Position numbers and translations under genes: made by a program. From an uncultured archaeon (GTDB lineage Archaea > Aenigmatarchaeota > Aenigmatarchaeia > Aenigmatarchaeales > DAIDAN01): 64,000 nucleotides of DNA. Shown here in pieces: positions 30,042 through 39,863 of this stretch (position 1 is its first letter; every line of letters starts with the position of its first letter). A model generated the notes under the pieces. That model saw nothing but the letters and a program-made list of their open reading frames with translations, was not told where the DNA came from and did not search any database. The stretch lies in the NCBI GenBank assembly GCA_964545795.1, contig CAZJGC010000003.1, positions 738-64,737 on the forward strand, written 5' to 3'.

Positions 30042-30983
30042 TTACACCCCTTTTAGTTGTTCAATAATCTTTTTTGATTCATATACAGGATCTGCTTTTT
30101 TGAAGTCATTTATTATAATTTCGTTTCTTTCAAACATCTGATTTCTTCTTACGTTGCCTGTGAATATAAATTCTGTTCCTAATATGTCTGTTAATGAAGG
30201 CTTGGATGAAGTCAATTCTTCTGCTTTAAAGCCTATAAATTTTTCTGCAATGTCTCTAAAGAATACAGCCCGCATATTTCCATATCCGTCGTCTATGACA
30301 GAAGAAGCAACCACTGTTTTTTTAGGTTCAACTTCTCCATGTTCAGTGCATTTCTTTTCTTTTATTGATTTGTTGCATTGTGGGCATACATCATAAAAAA
30401 CAGGTTCAAACATCTGAAGCACTGCCGCGCGTATTGTGCATGAACTTCCGTGCTTTAATTCTGATATATTTGTTTCAATAATTTTTTCTTCAAATTTCAC
30501 AGGCTCTTCATCAACCTGTTTTATTTTTCCATCTTTGCCAAGCCTTATTTCCACTCCACTCATTTTGTCTTCTCTTGTATATGCTCCGCTTATTTCAATA
30601 ACACTATTTTCTTTTATGTCTTTTGCAAGTTCAATCTGCTCGTCCCATAAAGACATTCTTATTTCTCCTGTTTTGTCAGCAAGAAAGAGGTTTAATACTT
30701 TTCCTTCTTTTCCATCTCTTTCAAAAGTTCTTAATGGCGAAATTTTTGAGACAGTAGCAGTTAGCGTAAGCGCTCTTATTCCAGGTATTATGTTTTTTAT
30801 TTCTATTTTATGATCTGTTTTTTCTATTAGATTCAAACCCAGTTCTTTTGCAACAATATATGCTGCGCCTTCTTTTGATACAAGATTTGAAAGTTCTGTT
30901 TGTTTGTCAAGAATTTTTTTTGCAATTTCATCTTCGTTGTATCCAGCTTCAACAATTTTTTTCAAAACAGATTCATAGGACAT
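30042..30983 (-). CDS. rpa: Replication protein A (DUF2240 N-term, OB folds, Zn finger)
   Basis: GAAYIVAKELG, DKTGEIRMSLW, CPQC...CTEH, IDDGYG. Confidence 0.92.
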   Translation of the reverse strand: MSYESVLKKIVEAGYNEDEIAKKILDKQTELSNLVSKEGAAYIVAKELGLNLIEKTDHKIEIKNIIPGIRALTLTATVSKISPLRTFERDGKEGKVLNLFLADKTGEIRMSLWDEQIELAKDIKENSVIEISGAYTREDKMSGVEIRLGKDGKIKQVDEEPVKFEEKIIETNISELKHGSSCTIRAAVLQMFEPVFYDVCPQCNKSIKEKKCTEHGEVEPKKTVVASSVIDDGYGNMRAVFFRDIAEKFIGFKAEELTSSKPSLTDILGTEFIFTGNVRRNQMFERNEIIINDFKKADPVYESKKIIEQLKGV

Positions 30984-31063
30984 TAAAACACCGATGCAGT
31001 TTATCTGCAAACACTTCCTCTTTAGTCTAATAATCAATGTTCAGTTATTTATAGTTTTGTATA

Positions 31064-31267
31064 TTACAATATTTTTTTCTTTGCTTCTTTGACGTCTGAC
31101 AGCAACACAGTTTTTCTGTTGTTCTTTTTTGCTATTGCTGCAGATTCTGCTGCAATGTCTGCTATTACTTCTTCAAGGAATTGCGTAAATTCTATTGCAG
31201 CCGAATTGCTTACTCTAAGCCCATGCTTCATCAGAAATTTTTTTATCGGCGCCAATGGTAAGTCCAT
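31064..31267 (-). CDS. Archaeal histone (HMf family)
   Basis: LPLAPI, RVS..A, RKTV...D. Confidence 0.93.
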   Translation of the reverse strand: MDLPLAPIKKFLMKHGLRVSNSAAIEFTQFLEEVIADIAAESAAIAKKNNRKTVLLSDVKEAKKKIL

Positions 31268-31330
31268 GCATGAATATTAAATGGCTGATTTAAATGTTTT
31301 TGCATGCTCAAACAACAATAGTGCAACAGC

Positions 31331-31930
31331 AATGTGAGAGTTAGCGCTTGAATGCTAACTTTCTTATATTCTCACAAAATGTATTTTTTAACTTTTGATA
31401 AAAACATTTAGACTAACGTAAAATTCAATACTTGCAAAATTATCTGTTCAATTAAACTCTAACAATGCATTAATCCTAACATTTCTTACAATATGTTGTT
31501 TCAGTGGATGTAAAGGCAAACTCTCACATTTCAATTTACTTTTTATGTTTCCGGATAATTTTTATGAAGGAATCACTCACAATAAGTATGTCTAACACTT
31601 AATAACATAGGTTAATCATTTGGGTGAAGTCTCACTTTTCTCTTGCAGCAGAATTATAACAATGTAATATAACATTGTTATTATATGTTGATAATGATTA
31701 ACTCTCACTTTGTTAATTCTATGGAAAAATAATCTGAAATATGTCAAATAACAATATCAATTATCTTTAATCTCACTTTATGCAGTGCAGATTTTAGTTT
31801 AAGGCCTTTCTTTGGTTATGTTAACCCTCTCTTAATGGAAAAATAACGAAATTATTTGCAGAAATCTTCAAAACTCTTGAAAAATGCGCGAATCCTGTTT
31901 TCTTTGCAAAATGCATTAACTCTCACTTTT
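31331..31930. repeat. Dispersed AACTCTCAC(T/A)TT repeats in a long non-coding region
   Basis: Copies at 31331-31342 (inverted), 31519, 31628 (variant), 31700, 31769 (variant), 31918; inverted copy at 33168-33179. Confidence 0.75.
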
Positions 31931-32128
31931 AATTTTGCGTGGGTTGTTTTATAAAATATATATTATTATTTATATTTTAAGAAATATTTGTAATATAATA
32001 TTTATAATAAAATATATCTTGCAGGATATTTAATAAAAAACATATGACATAAAAAATATATTTTAAAACATAAATAAGAAAACACTAATTTTAAATAGGG
32101 GTAAAGATAATTATGAATAGGTGTTAGT

Positions 32129-32491
32129 GTGAAGAAAGATAATGAAAAGAAAAATATAATTGAAAAAATATTCTTGCATAGCAAACCTGTGCAGATGTTG
32201 ATAAGTCTTAAGAACGAAAGGTCAAAATATACAACGCAGGTTTCAAAAGAAGTTGACTGCACGTATTCTCACACAGTAAAAATTTTGAATATGTTTAAGA
32301 AATTAGGTCTTGTTTCTTTCAGCAAAAAAGGCAGAATAAAGAATGTAAAACTTACAGAGGAAGGGGAAGAGATAGCGCATGAGTTTGAAGGCATTTCAAA
32401 GAAGCTTGCCAGAATTGCTTCGCAACTAAAGGATGATGTTCTTCCCAAGAAGGAAAGCAAAGAAAAATCTAAAGGGTCAAATAAAAAGTAA
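32129..32491 (+). CDS. Winged-helix (MarR-like) DNA-binding protein
   Basis: YTTQVSKEVDCTYSHTVKIL...GLV...KKGRIKNVKLTEEG. Confidence 0.88.
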   Translation: MKKDNEKKNIIEKIFLHSKPVQMLISLKNERSKYTTQVSKEVDCTYSHTVKILNMFKKLGLVSFSKKGRIKNVKLTEEGEEIAHEFEGISKKLARIASQLKDDVLPKKESKEKSKGSNKK

Positions 32492-32635
32492 CTACTGCTT
32501 TCTTGATATTCTTTTATCAAATCACCAAGGTTATTTGCTCAGAGTGGGTTTTATAAACACCACTTTTATATATGAGTTTTGCCTAAATAAATTTGTTGGG
32601 CTGTTTTAAAAGTAACTATATTTTAGGTGAAAAAT

Positions 32636-32989
32636 ATGGAAACATTAATGAAATACCTCTATGGCAACCATCCAAAAAGCAAAAAAATAAAGGAACTTGG
32701 CAGAAAAACCCTGGGTATTCTTGTTAAAAACGGGCAAATAGAGCATCTGGAACTGGCTAAGCAGATTGGCGTTAAATTTGAGAAATGGAAAGGTTATGAG
32801 AAGCCTGTCAAAACTTTTTATTCTGTTGTTAATCCGTTAAAAGAGATGCAATTAATAGAATCTATTAAGAGAAAAGAGGGAAAAAAGTTCAAAACAATAT
32901 ATGTTTATACGCCTGACAAATTTGCTGCGAACATGAAAAATTTTGTGAAAATGACAATTGAATTTCTAGAGACAATGAAAGCCAAATAA
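32636..32989 (+). CDS. Basic hypothetical protein, probable winged helix
   Basis: ELAKQIG...FYSVVNPLKEMQLIE...YVY pattern; AGGTGA SD. Confidence 0.7.
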   Translation: METLMKYLYGNHPKSKKIKELGRKTLGILVKNGQIEHLELAKQIGVKFEKWKGYEKPVKTFYSVVNPLKEMQLIESIKRKEGKKFKTIYVYTPDKFAANMKNFVKMTIEFLETMKAK

Positions 32990-33190
32990 ATTAAGGTTGT
33001 TTTTAACTAAATATAGATTCTATTAGATAAATTTTATAATATATTTCCTTTTATATATTATGTATTATATTTATTAATAAATATAATTTATAATATATCT
33101 AATATAATAGGTATATTAAATAATATATTTTATAAAATATAATAAAAATGGAAAAAGTCACACAAAAAAAGTGAGAGTTCATGGGATTTG

Positions 33191-33260
33191 TATAGGAAAA
33201 GATAGAAAAATTGGCGAAATACTCGCAAAAATGGCAAAATCTGACAAAATTGCTAAAATT
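33191..33260. repeat. Seven A-tracts in 10-bp phase (intrinsically bent DNA candidate)
   Basis: tataggaaaa gatagaaaaa ttggcgaaat actcgcaaaa atggcaaaat ctgacaaaat tgctaaaatt. Confidence 0.7.
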
Positions 33261-33487
33261 AGAAGAATATTTTTTTCTCTTTTCTTTTTGCTGATTTAAG
33301 AGAAGTGTGGCATTTCTTGCATTTAAGTATTCTTTCTTTTCCAATTTTTATGTAACCTATGTTTTTGTTGGTTAATTTTGCGTTGCAGATATCGCATCTA
33401 AGATTAACCATAACACCACTAAACTTAATTGTATTTTCTATATTTAAGTATAACTATTTTATATGTTTTTCTTAATTAAATAAATGT

Positions 33488-34081
33488 ATGCATGATTTTA
33501 ATGGTATGGAAAAGATAAAAAATATTCTTGAAATTAAAAATCTAAATTTGCCAATGCCTGAAACAGTTTTTGTTTTTGATTTAAGGAAACAGGAAAAGGA
33601 AATAGAAGAGTTTATTAATGGCAAAGAATTTGTAATGATAAGGTCTGATAAGAAGGGAAACAGAAATAACTGTCCGCATAATTTAAAATGTCATGCAAAC
33701 AATGCAAAAAGTTTTATTGAAAAACTAAACAAAGAAGGGTTTGTGGCAATACTTCAGGAACATGTTCCCTTCAATGCATTTTTTTCTGGGAATGTTCTTT
33801 TGTTGAAAAATAAAATAATAATTGAAGTTATGGAGGGTAGTCCCCTGACACTTATGAACAGGTATGGCAAGGTAGATGAACATTTGCAGATAGAACGGTT
33901 CACAAGAAAGGAAATTAAGCATTACGGAAAAAGGGTTTTAACAAGAAATATATTTGAAAAAATCCTTAATCTTGTTGAGTATTTGCCTATTGAGAACAAA
34001 ATTCTTGAGTTTGCTGTTGGACCGGACTGGTTTTATTTCTGGGAGATAAGAGATGACAAAACAGGAAAGATGTTGAAATGA
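33488..34081 (+). CDS. Hypothetical protein resembling a minimal PPDK/PEP-synthase ATP-grasp domain
   Basis: K..L...LPMP, MIRSD, ILQEHV, SGN, IIEVMEG, LEFA...FWEIR parallels PPDK_N motifs. Confidence 0.6.
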   Translation: MHDFNGMEKIKNILEIKNLNLPMPETVFVFDLRKQEKEIEEFINGKEFVMIRSDKKGNRNNCPHNLKCHANNAKSFIEKLNKEGFVAILQEHVPFNAFFSGNVLLLKNKIIIEVMEGSPLTLMNRYGKVDEHLQIERFTRKEIKHYGKRVLTRNIFEKILNLVEYLPIENKILEFAVGPDWFYFWEIRDDKTGKMLK

Positions 34082-34293
34082 TTTCTATTGCGATATATAA
34101 CTTTTAACATTCTTTAACAACTGATAAGCAGAATCAAGCGCATAATAGCCAGCTACAAATGCTCCGATATACAAACTAATTTTGGTTGCTGATTCTGCGG
34201 ATATAATATCTTGAGAATAAAGTCCAAGGTCTGCAAGCAACGACCCTGTTGCAATGTCCCATACAAATTTTCCTTATTCAAGGAAAACCCCTT

Positions 34294-34704
34294 TTATTCT
34301 TTATTTAATGATGCATATGGCATCGGAATAGGTGATGGCAGTTGCAGTTCTTCTGTTAACAATAATGACTTTATGAAGCACTTTCTCAGAATTGCATTAA
34401 GCACATTAATATTCACTTCGTCCGGAAGCCTGTTTTCTTTCTTCCATAACTCCAATAACTTTTCATAATCATTATCAATAACATAGACATTGCCTGATAT
34501 TGATATTTCTGCAATTTTTTTGTTCTCATTTTTGTATTCTGTGCTGAAATCAAAATCTATGTTCAGTCCCTTCCTTCCTAACGCAGAAATATCCTGTTCT
34601 TTCACTGAATTTATTTTTGTATTATTGTTTACTTTAAGGTTTTTTATTTCATCTTCGTATTTTTTTGCTACAATATTTTTTATGAACATGCCGACTATTT
34701 GCAT
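34294..34704 (-). CDS. Conserved archaeal hypothetical protein (possible SecB-like fold)
   Basis: F.F...Y, I.I.G, W.....LP, N.IL, L.LPSPIPMP pattern. Confidence 0.75.
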   Translation of the reverse strand: MQIVGMFIKNIVAKKYEDEIKNLKVNNNTKINSVKEQDISALGRKGLNIDFDFSTEYKNENKKIAEISISGNVYVIDNDYEKLLELWKKENRLPDEVNINVLNAILRKCFIKSLLLTEELQLPSPIPMPYASLNKE

Positions 34705-34789
34705 TATATCACCAACATTAATTTTATATTAAAGTATTAATATATGTTATAAGCATTATAAATATAAAAACAGATTTATATGTGATTGT

Positions 34790-35323
34790 ATGACAAAAGT
34801 AATTGTTCTTATTTATGAAGGTTTTGAAGAAATAGAGGCAATGTCTGTAATTGATATTCTAAGAAGAGCCGGTCTTGATGTCACAACAGTTGGTGTTGGC
34901 GGAATTCTTATTACAAGCGGTCATGGTGTAAGAATAAACACTGACACAAGGCTTATAGATTTGAGTGCTGAAAATTATAATGTTCTTGTTATTCCGGGAG
35001 GACCGGGATACAGAAACATTTTAAATAATAATTCTGTTTTAGAACTTGTTGAAGAATTTGGGAAAAAAGGAAAACTTATTGGCGCTATTTGCGCTGCACC
35101 TTTAGTTCTTGCAAAGGCAGGTTTATTAAGAGAGAAGAGAGCAACAGTTTATCCGGGCTTTGAAAAAGAACTTGACATGCCAAGAGGAGACAGAGTTGTG
35201 GTTGATGGAAATATAATAACCTCTCAGGGCCCGGGAACTGCAATAGAATTTGCCTTAAAACTTGTTGAGCAGATATGCGGGCAACAGAAAGCAATGTCCA
35301 TAAGAAGGGAAATTGTTGCTTAA
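34790..35323 (+). CDS. DJ-1/PfpI (YajL/ThiJ) family protein
   Basis: GFEEIE, PGG, AICAAP, TSQGPGT. Confidence 0.95.
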   Translation: MTKVIVLIYEGFEEIEAMSVIDILRRAGLDVTTVGVGGILITSGHGVRINTDTRLIDLSAENYNVLVIPGGPGYRNILNNNSVLELVEEFGKKGKLIGAICAAPLVLAKAGLLREKRATVYPGFEKELDMPRGDRVVVDGNIITSQGPGTAIEFALKLVEQICGQQKAMSIRREIVA

Positions 35324-35335
35324 TTGGGTGATAGA

Positions 35336-35545
35336 ATGCTTACAGAAGCTGAGCAGAAATTGTTGTCTTTAATAGCCGAAAAACAACTTGTCAGAAAGAG
35401 CGATATTTTAAATGGAAATTCTTCAAATATCGCTATATTGCGAAATCTTATTGACAAAGGTTTGGTGCAGTCTATCACGCCTATGGGAGAGAATTGCTTT
35501 GCTTTAACAAAAAAGGGTTCGCGGTTATTAAATGATATTCTGTAG
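35336..35545 (+). CDS. Small winged-helix protein
   Basis: LTEAEQKLL...LRNLIDKGLV...LTKKG; GGTGA SD. Confidence 0.7.
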   Translation: MLTEAEQKLLSLIAEKQLVRKSDILNGNSSNIAILRNLIDKGLVQSITPMGENCFALTKKGSRLLNDIL

Positions 35546-35585
35546 CAGAATGTTTTTATATTTTAAATCCAATTTCTTTTACTAT

Positions 35586-35688
35586 AGCCCCGTAGTCTAG
35601 TGGCCAAGGATTACTGGCTCTGGATATTTAAGAGTTACCAGTAGACCCAGGTTCGAATAATCTTTATAAATTCCTGGCGGGGCTACCA
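35586..35688 (+). tRNA. tRNA-Gln(CUG) with two introns (37/38 and T-loop near 59/60)
   Basis: AGCCCCG/CGGGGCT-A-CCA; ACTGG/CCAGT around CTG; 13-nt intron 35624-35636 with CTCT/AGAG central helix; 14 extra nt inside the CCAGG/CCTGG T-arm. Confidence 0.92.
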
Positions 35689-36056
35689 TTTATTGGTTTT
35701 ATAATCGGTTCAATATATTTTTCATATTTTTTATAGTCAATAACTGGATTTTCAGAATATTGGTTTAAACTCACGCTAAGGTTAGTTTGTTTTATTTCAG
35801 AAAACAGGAAAGAATTTTTTACAGTTATAATTTTTTGTTTGTCCAATTCCCAATAGACGGGTCTTATAAGTTTTTTTCTTTTGTTTTCTTCAACAGTGTA
35901 ACCATAGTCTTTAATGGTTTTACAGGCGTGATATTCTAAATTTCCAAGGAAGTCGTCTAAATACATTGGATTATTTTCAAGAATTTTTATGGCTTTGTTT
36001 TCTATTTTTTTGAAAAAACTTTCATACTCAAAACCATTATTCAAACGAACCCTCAA
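35664..36056 (-). CDS. Hypothetical protein, 3' end overlapping tRNA-Gln antisense
   Basis: 130-aa ORF filling the gap; TTG start; no recognisable motif. Confidence 0.45.
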   Translation of the reverse strand: MRVRLNNGFEYESFFKKIENKAIKILENNPMYLDDFLGNLEYHACKTIKDYGYTVEENKRKKLIRPVYWELDKQKIITVKNSFLFSEIKQTNLSVSLNQYSENPVIDYKKYEKYIEPIIKPINGSPARNL

Positions 36057-36080
36057 TTATTTATTATTGAAGATTTAAAT

Positions 36081-36419
36081 ATGTTTATGAGAATTGACAG
36101 CACTTGTTTTGGTTCTATAATTGTTAGAGGCAGGAAATATGAGAGTGATGTTATAATATTCTGGGACGGAGAAATTATAGAGAGGGAGAAGTCTCATAAC
36201 TTTAGCAAAGGGGAACTTCAGGATATTTTGCTTAAGGAACCTGAAATTGTAGTTGTTGGCACGGGGCAGTCGGGGCTTATGAAAGTAGATGAATCTGCTG
36301 AAATTCTTGCAGGGCTTGAAGGCGTAAAGATTGTAGCAAAACCAACTCCGCAGGCAATTGAAGAATTCAATAAACTAAGCGGCAAAAAAGTGGCGGGAAT
36401 TTTTCATGTAACCTGTTAG
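36081..36419 (+). CDS. Mth938-like domain protein
   Basis: FGSI, YESD, SH, VVGTGQSG, PT..A, FHVTC. Confidence 0.92.
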   Translation: MFMRIDSTCFGSIIVRGRKYESDVIIFWDGEIIEREKSHNFSKGELQDILLKEPEIVVVGTGQSGLMKVDESAEILAGLEGVKIVAKPTPQAIEEFNKLSGKKVAGIFHVTC

Positions 36420-36457
36420 AAGTATGCAAAACTATTTTTATATCAAGATACTAACTC

Positions 36458-37285
36458 ATGTTTATGTTTGTAATCAAAGCGTCAGGTAGGAGAGAAGAGT
36501 TTGACAAGGAAAAGATAAGAAGCACATGCAGAAGAGCAGGGGCTCCGGAATGGTTGGCTGATAAAATAGCGGACAGAATTGAAAAGAAGGTAAGGGACGG
36601 CATGAGAACAAAGGAAATATTAAAAATGACATTGCTTATGCTTGATAAGGAAATGCCGCATATTGCAGCAATGTATGACCTTAAAGGAGCTATAATGAGG
36701 CTTGGACCCGCAGGTTATGAATTTGAAAAGTTTGTATCGGAACTTCTGAAAAGATATGGATATAAAACAGTCACTAATGTTATTGTAAAAGGGAAGTGTG
36801 TATCTCATGAGGTTGATGTAATCAGTGAAAAAGGCAGTGAAAAAACCCTGATAGAGTGCAAATACCACAATTCTCTTGGAACATATACAGGCGTTCATGA
36901 AGTTCTTTACACAAAGGCAAGGTTTGATGATGTTATAAATAGTAAGGATAATAAAGATTTTACGAACTGCCAGATTGTATCAAATACAAGATTTTCTTCT
37001 GATGCAATAAAGTATGCCAAATGCATGAAAATAAAATTGTTAAGCTGGGATTATCCAAAAGAAAATATAAGAACCATGCTGGAAGACAAGAGGTTGTATC
37101 CCATAACAATTATAAAAAATTTAAGCAAATATGTGCAGGATAAACTTATTAGCAATGGCATAGTGTTTTGCATTGAATTGTTTGAAAACGATATATCAGA
37201 TTTGTCTTCTTACACGGGAATAAGCAAGAAGCGGCTTATTGAACTTAGGGAAGAAGCTGAAAAGATAATTTCAAAAAGTGATTGA
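36458..37285 (+). CDS. ATP-cone plus restriction endonuclease-like (Mrr-type) protein
   Basis: VIKASGRREEFD ATP cone; GYEFEKFV, HEVDV, IECKYH; YPIT tail. Confidence 0.88.
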   Translation: MFMFVIKASGRREEFDKEKIRSTCRRAGAPEWLADKIADRIEKKVRDGMRTKEILKMTLLMLDKEMPHIAAMYDLKGAIMRLGPAGYEFEKFVSELLKRYGYKTVTNVIVKGKCVSHEVDVISEKGSEKTLIECKYHNSLGTYTGVHEVLYTKARFDDVINSKDNKDFTNCQIVSNTRFSSDAIKYAKCMKIKLLSWDYPKENIRTMLEDKRLYPITIIKNLSKYVQDKLISNGIVFCIELFENDISDLSSYTGISKKRLIELREEAEKIISKSD

Positions 37286-38450
37286 ATGGATTATAAAACA
37301 AAAAGCCTGAACATGCATAAAGATAGAAAGGGAAAAATAGAAATAATTTCCAAGTTTCCTCTTGAAACAAAAGATGATTTGTCAGTTGCATATACTCCAG
37401 GTGTTTCAGAACCATGTAAGCTAATATCAGAGAATAATGCTGCTGTTTATGACTATACAATAAAAGGCAATTCTGTGGCTATTGTTACAGATGGTTCTGC
37501 TGTTCTTGGCCTTGGGAACATAGGCCCTGAAGCGGCGTTGCCTGTTATGGAAGGAAAAGCAGTGCTTTTCAAGAAGTTTGGAAATATAGATGCATATCCA
37601 ATATGCATTGCTACGCAGGAAACTGACAAAATAATAGAAGCAGTAAAACTTATATCTCCCGGCTTTGGAGGAATAAATCTTGAGGACATATCTGCTCCAA
37701 GATGTTTTGAAATTGAAAGACGATTAAAAAAAAGAACTGAACATACCTGTATTTCATGACGACCAGCATGGAACTGCGGTAGTTGTTCTTGCAGGCATGA
37801 TAAATGCATTGAAATTGTGCAATAAAGAAATAGAAGATGTAAAAGTTGTTGTTAATGGTGCTGGAGCGGCAGGTATTGCAATATCAAAAATTTTGGTATC
37901 AAAAGGCGTAAAAGATATAGTAGTATGCGATACAACAGGAGCCATATATGAAGGCAGAGAAAGTAACATGAACGAAGAAAAAATTAGAATTTCAAAAATT
38001 ACAAACAGGAATATGGTTCAGGGAAAACTGGAAGATTCTATAAAAGGAGCAGATGTTTTTATTGGTGTTTCTGCTCCAGGGGTTCTTACGCAGGAAATGA
38101 TTAGGTCAATGTCTGAGAAGCCAATTATTTTTGCAATGGCAAACCCTATACCAGAGATAATGCCTGATGAGGCAAAAAGCGCAGGAGCATTTATTGTTGC
38201 AACAGGCAGAAGCGATTTTCCAAACCAAATAAATAATGTTCTTGCTTTTCCGGGCATTTTTCGCGGTGCTCTTGATGCAAGAGCAAAGGATATAAATGAA
38301 GAAATGAAAATGGCTGCAGCAGAAGCGCTTGCAGGTTTTATAGAACCCACGCAGGAAAAAATAATACCCAATCCTTTTGACGGCGCTGAAAAGGCTGTTG
38401 CTGCCGCAGTTTCAAAAGCCGCGAGAGAAACAGGAGTATCTAATATATAA
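37286..38450 (+). pseudogene. NAD(P)-dependent malic enzyme split by a 1-nt insertion in an A8 run
   Basis: AYTPGV, VMEGK, NLED in ORF1; removing one A at 37726-37733 restores RLKKELNIPVFHDDQHGTA into ORF2 (GAGAAG, ANP, TGRSD, NN). Confidence 0.85.
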
Positions 38451-38479
38451 GTTAATTCAAATAAATAATATTGATTTTT

Positions 38480-39388
38480 ATGGCAGAGAAAGTGTATGAT
38501 TGTGTTGTTATTGGCGCAGGCCCTGCAGGTTTAAATGCAGGTTTGTATTTGAAAAGATATGGCGTTGATTGTATTATTTTAAGAGACCCTGAACAGGTTT
38601 CGCAGGTGTTGATTACAAATAGAGTTGATAATTATCTTGGAATTCAGGATGTTACAGGGCCTGAATTGATGGATATGTTTGAAAAACACCTTAAAAATTA
38701 TAATGTTGAAATAGTAAATGAGAAAACAGTTGATATAAGCAAAGAAGACGAGTTGATATCAGTAAAAACTAACAAGAACGTTTATACTGCAAAAGCTATT
38801 ATTATAGCAACAGGAGCAAGGCATAGAAAAGGCGGTATAAAGGGAGAGTCAGAATTTCTTGGAAAAGGAGTTTCATATTGCGCTACCTGCGATGGCTATT
38901 TTTTTAAGGGCAAAAAAGTTGCTGTCTTGGGTGGCGGAGATTCTGCATTGACATCTGCAATTTTTCTTAAAGACATAGGCTGCGATGTTACTTTAATTCA
39001 TAGAAGGAAGGAATTCAGGGGGGCTGACATTTATGTGAAGACAGCCAGCGAGAAAGGGGTTAAGTTTGTGCTTGAACATACAGTAAAGGAAATAAAAGGA
39101 AGTACAATGGTTGAAAAGATAATTCTTGATAATGGCGAGGAGATTGAGTGTTCAGGGGTTTTTATTGCTTTTGGCGAGGTTCCTGTTGTTGATATAGCAA
39201 GAAAAGCAGGAGTTAGAATAGATGAATCAGATTTTATTGTTGTTGACAAAGAGCAATCTACAAATGTAGAAGGAATATATGCTGCAGGGGATGTCTGCAA
39301 CAACCCGTTAAAGCAGATAGTAACAGCTGTTGCAGATGGAGCTGTTGCAGCCTTTTCCGTGAAAAAATATATAACCACAAAAAAATAA
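38480..39388 (+). CDS. trxB: Thioredoxin reductase
   Basis: GAGPAG, CATCDG, GGGDSA, HRR, AAGD. Confidence 0.96.
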   Translation: MAEKVYDCVVIGAGPAGLNAGLYLKRYGVDCIILRDPEQVSQVLITNRVDNYLGIQDVTGPELMDMFEKHLKNYNVEIVNEKTVDISKEDELISVKTNKNVYTAKAIIIATGARHRKGGIKGESEFLGKGVSYCATCDGYFFKGKKVAVLGGGDSALTSAIFLKDIGCDVTLIHRRKEFRGADIYVKTASEKGVKFVLEHTVKEIKGSTMVEKIILDNGEEIECSGVFIAFGEVPVVDIARKAGVRIDESDFIVVDKEQSTNVEGIYAAGDVCNNPLKQIVTAVADGAVAAFSVKKYITTKK

Positions 39389-39398
39389 AGTGATTGCA

Positions 39399-39863
39399 AT
39401 GAGAAAGGATACAAAAAATAAAATATTTACCTTGTTTGTGCTTGCAATGTTTTTGGGAAGCACAGTTGCCTTTGCGTTAATGTTTGTGCTGCCTACTAAT
39501 AATGAACAGGAAGTTAAATTTGTTTATGATGCTCCCTTGCCTGAAGATAAAGAAGCGGTTTTTTTAAACAGCAATATTGTTATAATTGAGGAGTTCTTTT
39601 CTCCGACATGCCCGCATTGCAGGGCAATGAAACCTATTCTGGATGAAATAGTATCTGAATTTAATGGAAATGTTGTTCTTGAGAAAGTAGATGTAAATAA
39701 GTATCAGATAGAAACAAGGCGTTATAACGTAGATGGTGTGCCTACATTTATTTTAAAAGGCAAAACCATGGACAGGGTTGTTGGGGAGGTTCCAAAAGAA
39801 ACTCTTGTCAAAAGAATTTGCGCTTTGTTCACAACACCAATAGATAAGTGCAGTGCTTACTGA
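39399..39863 (+). CDS. Membrane-anchored thioredoxin-like protein
   Basis: N-terminal TM, CPHC, GVPT. Confidence 0.88.
   Translation: MRKDTKNKIFTLFVLAMFLGSTVAFALMFVLPTNNEQEVKFVYDAPLPEDKEAVFLNSNIVIIEEFFSPTCPHCRAMKPILDEIVSEFNGNVVLEKVDVNKYQIETRRYNVDGVPTFILKGKTMDRVVGEVPKETLVKRICALFTTPIDKCSAY

Noticed and set aside
31331..31930. Degenerate CRISPR array
   Set aside because: Shared core is only about 12 bp, spacing is irregular (108, 73, 68, 150), orientation is mixed, and no cas genes are nearby
34086..34265. Minus-strand hydrophobic open frame (WDIATGSLLADLG...)
   Set aside because: No plausible start codon after the upstream in-frame stop
35586..36080. Integrated element at tRNA-Gln
   Set aside because: No integrase, and no duplicated tRNA 3' end found by eye
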